From: Amoeboaphelidium occidentale
Taxonomy: Eukaryota
DNA length: 64,000 nucleotides
Direction: 5' to 3'
Assembly: GCA_023515795.1 (NCBI GenBank)
Contig: JALGPX010000014.1
Span: forward strand, 248,001-312,000
This document shows positions 13,379 to 21,341 of this stretch, in pieces (within the stretch, counting starts at the first letter, position 1; every line of letters starts with the position of its first letter). Made by a program: the position numbers and the translations under genes. Under the pieces are notes generated by a model. It was not told the origin of the DNA and ran no database searches. It saw nothing but the letters and a program-made list of their open reading frames with translations.

Positions 13379-14602
13379 TCATGGATAGTTTCGAACATGC
13401 ATTTTCGTTCTTTGCACTCTTCTTTGTCTGTTGAAGAATAACTGTGACATATCTTTGACAACTGTGAATACACAACCACCTATTAAACTCCACTGAAAAT
13501 AGTCTAAGTGATAAAGCCCAAAATCGAAGGAAAACTTGGAAGACGCAACTGCTCTTTTTAAAAAACGCCCAGTAAATGCAGCTAAACCAGGATAAAACAT
13601 AGTATAAACAATACTTTTCATTGCACTATGAGCAGTTAATCTGTCGCTTTGAACGCCTTGTTGAGGAAGAAGATCATAATCTTCGAAATTTATCTCATCG
13701 CTTGTACTAGAAGCATCCTGTAAGGGTTTCTTTTGAACCCCAACAATAAGAGGCGCCAAAAACCTGTCATGTAGTAATCTGTAGAAATATCTCACAACGA
13801 AAAGTCCACAAATTGTCGATATCCTTCGTCTGACAAGATTTGATAAGAGGCTGCGCTTCAAAGGACCCATAGAAACACTCATTTCCACAAGATAATTCGA
13901 AGCCAAAGTAGAAATACCTGCATACAGAAGAACTCGACTAAGTTTTCCGAAATGAAACGCAGTTGCGTAGAATGGAATTGAAAAGAGGCCAGCGACCTCA
14001 AGCAAACCCCAATTGGAAGATTTTAGGTGCAAGGTTAGCAGATCTTGTGGGCCACAAAGTGTTGTAACGACGTACCAACCATAAGTCGCAGCGGAAGATA
14101 CTACGAAGAATGATGCGCTGATTATTGCACCATAAGGCACAAAGGCATCAAAAGCAACGGTGACCACGTTGTAACTGTTCATCAGAAGTGTTAATATGTA
14201 ACCCCTCTTAGCGATTTCAATCCTGTAAGGGGTTTGACATTGTGGGCATTTTATCAAGTGTTCTTCCAACTCTATTTGAGCATCATCCACTGTTAAACCC
14301 AAACGGGCCAAAATATTCTCATTCTGCTGCGCTTCTGGTTGGGCAGCATTCTCCTGCCTATTCAAAATTTCCTGAAGATTATCAGGCTGGTTGTGCTCAT
14401 ATATCAGAACAGGCACAGGTTCTCCTTCCGATGCTTTCTCACTCTGCTTCCTTACGATCCAAGTTAGAATACAAGTCTCATGCGCCCATTTCGTATCTCC
14501 TGAGCATCGACAAGGTGAAACCCATCGCTTCGGCTGAGATGTGCCTTCTAATTCCTCAGCCTCCGAAGCAAAACAGATCCAGCATAGTTTCGAGCTTGAC
14601 AT
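13379..14602 (-). CDS. RING-CH membrane E3 ubiquitin ligase (MARCH5-like)
   Basis: CWIC..WVSPCRCSGDTKWAHETC..CPQC RING-CH (with ~70-aa insertion before the last CxxC), several TM segments, GGCVFTVVKD motif; ATG at 14602. Confidence 0.8.
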   Translation of the reverse strand: MSSSKLCWICFASEAEELEGTSQPKRWVSPCRCSGDTKWAHETCILTWIVRKQSEKASEGEPVPVLIYEHNQPDNLQEILNRQENAAQPEAQQNENILARLGLTVDDAQIELEEHLIKCPQCQTPYRIEIAKRGYILTLLMNSYNVVTVAFDAFVPYGAIISASFFVVSSAATYGWYVVTTLCGPQDLLTLHLKSSNWGLLEVAGLFSIPFYATAFHFGKLSRVLLYAGISTLASNYLVEMSVSMGPLKRSLLSNLVRRRISTICGLFVVRYFYRLLHDRFLAPLIVGVQKKPLQDASSTSDEINFEDYDLLPQQGVQSDRLTAHSAMKSIVYTMFYPGLAAFTGRFLKRAVASSKFSFDFGLYHLDYFQWSLIGGCVFTVVKDMSQLFFNRQRRVQRTKMHVRNYP

Positions 14603-14631
14603 TCCGGTAAGAAAATTGTTACAAGATCTAT

Positions 14632-15513
14632 TCAACCATATTGAACACTTTCATCAAAGCCGACATTCCAAAACCCGGCAGGCGTGTTACTCTTAGGCAA
14701 TACAGTTCGATGCTTTGAAACTTGCTGCTGCAATGCTTTAGAATCAACCAAGCCCGATATCGCTCGAAAGTATCCACTGCAACAAGGACAATCATTACCG
14801 TGCATCTTCTTCCTGTTTTGCTTAGTGCGGTTACCTTCTTCCGGAAGTTTATAGCTGCTAAACTTATCTTTAAAAGCATCTTTCTTCTTGTGAGTATCAT
14901 CAAAGTATAGCTTATCCGGGACGTTTGTAGTACCATTGCCATTATCATTATGATTCTCGAGATCATTATCATCAAGTTCATCAGTTTCAGGCACTTCAAC
15001 GTAATTCGCTTGCCTTACAAGATTTCGCGTAGGAGTTACTGAGGAGCGACTTCCTTGAGAGAATCTTCGGTTCAAAGCCAAAACTGGAGAATTAACATCA
15101 CTTGGGTCTGTAGGCGCATCTAAGCCGTGCTTAATAATCATAGTAGCTGGTACTTCATAAGCATTTCCAAAACCTATAGAGCTTTTGAACGCAGGGCTCT
15201 TAACGGAACTTGAGCCTGAGCGTTCTGTCGAGTCCTTTTGTTTCAACTGTTCTGACTTTGGCCTCATGCCCTTCTTTTGATAAATTTTTGCTTTGAGGGC
15301 CTTCCACTTATTGTAAATATTTGAATATTCACTCTTAAGGCCGCCATACTCAGTGCGTAATGTATCCAGCTCTTCTTGCACAAGCTTTTTGTCCTCGTTA
15401 CTTTGATCTAGTTCTGCCTTCAGCTTCAAGTTTTCCTCTACCAATGAATTATAACCATTCTTGAAGCTCCAAAGCAACTGTTCCATTTGCTCTAATCCAC
15501 TTGAAACGTTCAT
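14632..15513 (-). CDS. SAE2: Sae2/Ctp1/CtIP DNA end-resection factor
   Basis: N-terminal coiled coil; C-terminal RKKMHGNDCPCC..SKHR..TPAGFWNVGF signature of CtIP/Sae2. Confidence 0.85.
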   Translation of the reverse strand: MNVSSGLEQMEQLLWSFKNGYNSLVEENLKLKAELDQSNEDKKLVQEELDTLRTEYGGLKSEYSNIYNKWKALKAKIYQKKGMRPKSEQLKQKDSTERSGSSSVKSPAFKSSIGFGNAYEVPATMIIKHGLDAPTDPSDVNSPVLALNRRFSQGSRSSVTPTRNLVRQANYVEVPETDELDDNDLENHNDNGNGTTNVPDKLYFDDTHKKKDAFKDKFSSYKLPEEGNRTKQNRKKMHGNDCPCCSGYFRAISGLVDSKALQQQVSKHRTVLPKSNTPAGFWNVGFDESVQYG

Positions 15514-15636
15514 TTAGTTACTTCAATGCAACCCACAGTTCGAATCTGTAACCACGCGCGGATCAAGCAACCCAACAAAAAAAGACAAATTCTTCTTTTC
15601 ATAGATATCTTCCCCATTTCATTACACTTTTATTAG

Positions 15637-16347
15637 ATTTCCTACGCTGGATCCAAAAATATCGCCGCCTAAACGTGTGCAAGTAAAGGTATGCTTCTAA
15701 TCTCGTGCTGTATTAATAGTTTAGACTGGTTTGTATCCTGTGATTTGATTTCTAACCATTTAGCGTGTGTCAATTGCAGAAAGGCCTGCAAGAAGTGCGA
15801 AATGCAGCGTCCATGTTGTCGCTGTGTTCGTCTTGGTTTGCAAGATTCTTGTGTCGATTACGTTCGCAAGATTAGACAAAAGGGGCTGAAACGCGGCCCT
15901 TATAGAAAAGACAAAGGGATCATGGTGTCTTATGATGCTTCCTTTTGTTTGCATAGTGGTGTTGATACTTCTGGTTCTGTTGTGTGTGCTCCTGTGGTTT
16001 CCTGTGATACGGCAAATGTTACCGTCGAGCCTTTGGTTTTCCGTGTGGTTGGTAAGGAATTGAGCAGTTTCAGAAATGATGGTGATGCTTCTTCGGATGA
16101 TAACAATTCTGCTTCCTTCAGCCTCAGCACGCCGGAAGATTCCCCTGTTATTCCGTTTGCTCAAAGTTTCGGTGTTGATTTGACTGCTGGCGAAGGCGTA
16201 GAGATTTCCATGCGCCACAATGGCAACTTGGACAGCACATGCGATGACTTCTGCGGTTTCTTCACGGACGATTTCTGGAAAATTCAGTGCGTTACCGTAG
16301 TGAACACAGAAGAATTTGCTAGTGATTTTGGGCTATGGCAACTTTGA
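15637..16347 (+). CDS. Zn(II)2Cys6 fungal-type transcription factor (start unresolved; micro-exon)
   Basis: CVNCRKACKKCEMQRPCCRCVRLGLQDSC..RQKGLKRGPY; upstream exon encodes PPKRVQVK, joined via introns 15689-15724 and 15729-15763. Confidence 0.8.
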
Positions 16348-16434
16348 CACAAATAAACGCGATTAAAGTCTTCGCGTCCGGACTTCTCCATAGCAAACAA
16401 CAGACTTCGTCAATGCATCGTTTGAAACATCGAT

Positions 16435-16478
16435 GAAATTTATCTGCAGATAAACAGTAATATCTTCAGATAAATTTC
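16435..16478. repeat. Inverted repeat / palindrome
   Basis: GAAATTTATCTGCAGATA (16435-16452) vs TATCTTCAGATAAATTTC (16461-16478): 17/18 complementary, 8-nt loop; embedded perfect 16-bp palindrome TTTATCTGCAGATAAA (16439-16454). Confidence 0.85.
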
Positions 16479-16590
16479 CTTTTCAGTAAAGGGAATATCG
16501 GCTGATCTATTCTCAATGAGTCTTGGATGTTCTTTGAATTCACAAAAGCATTGACTTCACGCTGAAAGTGATTCGAAACTCAAACCGAAC

Positions 16591-16920
16591 ATGATGTATG
16601 AAGTTCATGGTAAAGTGATACTGACAGAGAAAATGAAACCGAATGTGATCAAGTTGAAGAAAGAGTTGGTAAAGAAGAAGAAGTATTGACAGCTTTTTCA
16701 AAATACTGCCAGAAGCTCTTATCCTCTCTACAAGATCCGATAATGAAGGAACTAGAATTCTGAAGTGCAAAGACTACAAGACCTCAACTGGGCTCGATAT
16801 CATGGCTAAAAAGGATGTTAAAGCGGCTCATTACATGGCAAATATCGCGATTTAAGTGAACGGAGAAAAAGGGACTTAAAATGCGTCCTTTTCTTTGGCA
16901 ACCTTTACTTGTAGCGTAAC
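16591..16920 (+). pseudogene. Possible decayed C-terminal fragment of a second Fanzor/TnpB-like gene
   Basis: Across frameshifts: KPNVIKLKKELVKK / SKYCQK / RILKCKDYKT..KKDVKAAHYMANIA / MRPFLW, in the same order as the Fanzor PxxxLxxxL, TSKxC, RxCxxC..NRDxNAAxNI and RP motifs. Confidence 0.35.
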
Positions 16921-17120
16921 AGATGAAAAAAGAAGCTGGAACCGAAATGAAAGAATAGAATTTTTGCAACTTTTGTGATCGGTTCGAGTCTTTTTCATAN
17001 NTGCGTCTTTTTCTTTGGCAAGCCTTTACTTGTAGCGTAACAGATAAAAAAAGAAGCTGGAACCGAAATGAAAGAATAGAATTTTTGCAACTTTTGTGAT
17101 CGGTTCGAGTCTTTTTCATA
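16882..17120. repeat. Gap-flanking overlap duplication (118/119 bp, 3 differences) around NN at 17000-17001
   Basis: 16882-16999 repeated at 17002-17120 with C/T, +G and G/A differences; scaffolding artefact joining non-identical copies. Confidence 0.85.
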
Positions 17121-17127
17121 TTCCGAT

Positions 17128-19487
17128 ATGAAGAAGAAACGCAAACTACCTGATGATGACGTCGAAGAATATGATCCTGCTGCTGAGGATGATGTTGCTG
17201 CTGAGCCCATAGATGAGCCTGAAGAAGAAGAAGAGGATGATATGACCCCTATCCCAATGACGTCAATTGTGACTAGAAAGACTGGACTGAACTCCTTGCT
17301 CCCTAATGAAATACTGAGGACGAAGATAAGAGATTTGGTTGATGCAATGAATTTCATTCGCTATCATGGGTCCCGACTCCTTCATCTATATGTAGTTCAG
17401 ATGTGCTCAGAAGGACGTGATTTGGGGTTGTTGACCTGTAGTTATGGAGGTATTCTACGACACTTCTTTGTGGCAGTCTGTTATAATTCTGGCAACATCC
17501 ATGCCAAACGTCTTGATAATAATGTTGCCCCTCTGGCTGAAATTTATAGAAATACGGCTTTTGAATATGGTATAGAGTTTCCTTTGAATACTGGCATATC
17601 CAGCACTTTGAACAATATGGTGGCGTCTTATGAGACCAATTTAATGAATTAGATTACAACTACAACTGTTGGTAGAGTTCGGAGGTGGTTAATGCACTTG
17701 TTGGAACTGGAATATCCGGATTGTTTCAAAGTCAAGAAACGGAGTACATCCGGGGCCAATTACTGTATTTCATCGTTGAGTGCACTTTTGGAAGAGAATA
17801 ATGAGTTGCCGGAGCTTCCAGATATTCTAGAAAAGTTTGCAAAGAAACATGATAGGGCGAGAATCATGAGGGCTCTTAGAACAGTGCATATAATTTTAGT
17901 GGCCGAAACAGAAGAGAAAAAACTTTCTTTAGAAAAGGAATTTTTTGAAGGAATACTGGTACAAGTTTTTTTACCTACAGTATCACATTCTTGAACACTT
18001 TACGAAGTACTCCGAGGCGGATGCGCAAGCTAGATTGGAAGAGAATCGGCGTGGCAAAGGTTTAAGACTTTTCACCATGGTGCCGTTGGCTGATATCAAG
18101 ACTTCTCATGCGTTTTTCGACAGCAGTGGTCTTTCCGAAGTAGTTCACATGGCGTTCGAAGACGAATCATTCGTTGCTCCTCCAAATCATCCAAGAAATC
18201 TAAATGTTACATCTCGAAAGGCGCTTTTTACAGGCAAAAAGTCGAGGGTGCCGTTGTGGAATTGGGCTGTTGAGTTAAAATGTGTAAAACATACGAATCT
18301 GGACTTCAACTACTCATTTAGTACTGATGGGGTAAGTGTGTCTGTTCACTTTAAAAAGCCTGGTTTCAAGGAACGACTTAATGACAAAGGGTTTCTGTGG
18401 AGTAACCAGATGAAGTATTCACCGATTGGCATTGAAAATCGGGTCGTTGTGGGTGTTGACCCTGGAAGAATTGATTTGGTTGTTTGCAGTGATGGCTCAA
18501 GGAAGAGTTTTGGTTGTTCAGGAAAAGAATGGCAAGAGATCGCTGGCTTTAGGTATCAAAGATGGCGTCAGAAAAGTTGGTCAGATAAGAACGATAATAT
18601 CCAANNNNAAACATAAGAATCTGGACTTCAACTACTCATTTAGTACTGATGGGCTAAGTGTGTCTGTTCACTTTAAAAAGCCTGGTTTCAAGGAACGACT
18701 TAATGACACAGGGTTTTTGTGGAGTAACCAGATGAAGTATTCACCAATTGCGATTGAAAATCGGGTTGTTGTGGGTGTTGACCCTGGTAGAATTGATTTG
18801 GTTGTTTGCAGTGATGGCTCAAGAAAGAGTTTTGGTTGTTCAGGAAAAGAATGGCAAGAGATCGCTGGCTTTAGGTATCAAAGATGGCGTCAGAAAAGTT
18901 GGTCAGATAAGAACGATAATATCCAAACAATTATTAGGGATATGCATTCAGCAAAGGTTAGAAAGGTCGAAGTCTATCTAACGTATCTGAACTACATTCT
19001 AAGACACTACGCTTCTCTTGCTGATTTTTACGGTTCTCAAAGGTGGAGGCAGCTAAGAAGAAAAACGGATATTATGAAAACCAAAACCTTTGATATTGTG
19101 TGCAGAAGAATTGCTGGAAACAACTTTGAAAGAGTTGTTGCTTATGGCTCTGGTGGATTTTCCAGCTGTTCGCGTGGGCATGCACCGTTACGGGTGAAGG
19201 GTTTGTTTAAAGCGTTGAAACAGAAGAATGCTCTTGTTCGTCTGGTTTGGGAACATCGTACAAGCAAACTTTGCTGTCAGTGTGAAGGCGAGTTACCTGA
19301 AGGCAAAAGATGGCAGGTGAGAATTTGCAAGACTTGCAAAATACACTGGAATCGTGATTTCAACGCTGCTAACAATATAAGGAAGATTCTGAAACACATG
19401 GAGGAGAACAGTGGAGATAGACCGTGCAATTTTCTAACGAAGAAACAACAAAAGAGCAAGGGAAACGACTTAATTGTCGGTGGATAA
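17128..19487 (+). pseudogene. Fanzor1-family RNA-guided endonuclease (TnpB/Cas12-like), disrupted in this assembly; reconstructed ~678 aa
   Basis: RuvC-I VVVGVDPG (D at 18458 and 18780), VVAYGSGGF, RuvC-II VWEHRTSK (E at 19251), Zn finger CCQC..CKTC, RuvC-III WNRDFNAANNI (D at 19356), FSTDGxSVSV, terminal RP. In-frame TAG at 17650-17652, extra T in T6 run 17941-17946, gap duplication 18287-18926. Confidence 0.92.
18287..18926. repeat. Gap-flanking overlap duplication (318 bp, 10 substitutions) around NNNN at 18605-18608
   Basis: 18287-18604 repeated at 18609-18926; 5 synonymous codon changes and 4 amino-acid changes (T/K, V/L, K/T, G/A). Confidence 0.9.
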
Positions 19488-19535
19488 CCTTGGCTAGCTG
19501 GAGTAAAGCATTATTATCGAAAATCATTAAATTTC
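19445..19535 (+). ncRNA. Candidate Fanzor omegaRNA (scaffold plus guide) overlapping the ORF 3' end; limits approximate
   Basis: Expected position for TnpB/Fanzor guide RNAs. Nested stems AGC-AAGG (19455-19461)/CCTT-g-GCT (19488-19495) and CGAC (19466-19469)/GTCG (19476-19479), then a small GCT/AGC hairpin (19497-19509). Confidence 0.4.
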
Positions 19536-19668
19536 ACGTTGAAGGAGCTATTTGGTTCATCTATTTGGTTTCGGACTCGTATAATTGATATGATTTAATA
19601 AACGCTTTCTAGACTGAGTACTATCATGCTTCGTTAAGATTTCCATTTAACATACTTTAAAGTAAGTG

Positions 19669-21312
19669 ATGATTAGAAGTAGTGCGCGGAAAGTTCTTGT
19701 AACGACGCCAATTTTCTATGCCAATGCAGGTATCGTTCCAAGAAAGACAATCTTACTTAATTGCGGTAGATCCTCATATAGGGCACCTGACCAGTGCAGT
19801 TTACGCGGATATCTTGAATAGATGGAACTTATTGTCTAAGCGGGAATCGTTTATGCTAACAGGAATGGACGAGCACGGTGTAAAGATTCAACAAGCAGCA
19901 GCATTATCGGGCATGAATCCAAAACAGAAGGTCGACAATGAAGCATTAAAGTTCAAAGAGTTGTTCGACACCGCTGGCATCGCTTATTCGCGGTTTATAC
20001 GCACGACTGATGCTGATCATGCAGCTAATGTCCAAGATATCTGGAGAACACTAATGGACAATGGTTACATTTATAAGGGAAAGCATTCTGGTTGGTATTG
20101 TGTTCAGGATGAGTGTTTTTATGGAGAACAAGAGGTTCATGATATAATGAATAGTTTCGGTCTTCAGAAAGTTGCCAAGGAAAGTGGTCGCAGTGTTGAG
20201 TGGATACAAGAGGATAATTACATGTTCGCCCTGTCAGGGTTTAAAGAAAAGATAAAGCAATGGCTTAATTCGAATCCTGACTTGATACATCCAAAAGAGA
20301 GACGCGCAGACGTATTTCGATTGCTTGACAGCAACTCTTTTGGTGATGTTTCTGTTTCAAGACCTAAAGCACGACAATTCTGGGGCATTCCAGTACCTCA
20401 TGATGAGAATCATACTGTTTATGTTTGGTTTGATGCGTTATTGAATTATCTTACTGCATCAACTGGGTTGTCAAAAGATGGTCACCTTTCTATGAACCAT
20501 GTCATTGGAAAAGACATATTGCGCTTTCACACTATTTTATGGCCAGCTGTATTGATGGCTGCTGATATACCCCTTCCAGAACGAATAATTATTCATTCTC
20601 ACTGGACTGTGAATAACATGAAGATGTCCAAGTCGATCGGAAATGTGTTTCATCCTGATGCGCTCATAAGGAAGTACGGACAAGACGCTGTAAGATATTT
20701 CATTGCAAGAGACGCTGGATTAAAAGAAGATTCCGATTATTCAGAGGATCTTCTTCGAATGAGGTATCAAGTGGAACTAGCAGATCGTTTAGGTAAAACC
20801 CTATAATATTATCAGACTTTTAAACTGTAGGAAATCTACTCTCAAGATGTTTTGGTCGCGCTTTAAACAAGAAAGCTGCAATGCCTTCATTCACAAAGGA
20901 TATTCTTGGAGATCTGGATACGGAAATGATAAACAACATAAACTCGGTTTCAAGAAGAGTTCAGAAAGAAATTGAAAGAGGAGATATCTGTGAGGCATTT
21001 GAGCCTGTTGTTCAATTGATAAATCAGACAAACAAATACCTTCAGATTAATGAACCATGGAAACTTGTTAAATCGAAAGATGAGAATGATTTACAAAAGG
21101 CCAAGAATGTTCTTTATATAAGCCTTGAGGCTCTTAGAGTGAGTGGATTATTATTACAACCTGTTATGCCCTCGTCTATGGACAAGCTCTTAAACAAGTT
21201 GGCAATCTCTCCAGAGCACAGATACATTGATAACGCGGTGTTTAATGATAAAGCTGAACGAAAAATGGATAGCTCTCCTCTGATATTATTCCAGCGACTT
21301 AAAATTGAATAG
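19669..21312 (+). CDS. MSM1: Methionyl-tRNA synthetase, mitochondrial type
   Basis: TTPIFYAN|DPHIGH (intron 19730-19769), GMDEHG, YVWFDAL, IGKDILRFH, KMSKS; second intron 20793-20830; C-terminal anticodon-binding domain. Confidence 0.92.
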
Positions 21313-21341
21313 ATCGAAGGTTACAACCGTTTTTTGTCTGG

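Larger units (their letters stand above)
16361..19596 (+). mobile_element. Fanzor-bearing non-autonomous element / accessory island (boundaries tentative)
   Basis: Only non-housekeeping stretch between the Zn2Cys6 gene and MetRS. Contains a Fanzor gene, two assembly gaps with divergent overlaps and hairpins. Flanked by direct repeat AATAAACGC (16352-16360, 19597-19605). No transposase or convincing TIR seen. Confidence 0.55.

Noticed and set aside
16540..17357. Minus-strand ORFs upstream of the Fanzor as a partner transposase or resolvase
   Set aside because: Short, span the N gap or mirror the acidic tract, and show no DDE, HUH, serine- or tyrosine-recombinase motifs.
17650..17652. TAG read as Gln (alternative code known from one aphelid) making the Fanzor intact
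   Set aside because: Host genes here end in TAA/TAG and long ORFs lack in-frame TAR codons; a separate frameshift also exists. A nonsense mutation is simpler.
17935..17950. Programmed ribosomal frameshift at the T6 run
   Set aside because: Restoring the frame needs a +1 shift with no stimulatory structure evident; a homopolymer indel or sequencing error is more likely.
18287..18926. Fanzor with a duplicated RuvC-I region
   Set aside because: The duplication abuts NNNN exactly like the other two gap overlaps; treated as an assembly join of two copies or alleles.
16878..19513. Terminal inverted repeats AATGC...GCATT around the Fanzor
   Set aside because: Only 5 bp; expected by chance and not extendable.
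19548..19570. Direct repeat CTATTTGGTT x2 as a mini CRISPR-like or guide array
   Set aside because: Only two 10-bp units separated by 3 nt; no spacer-sized intervals.
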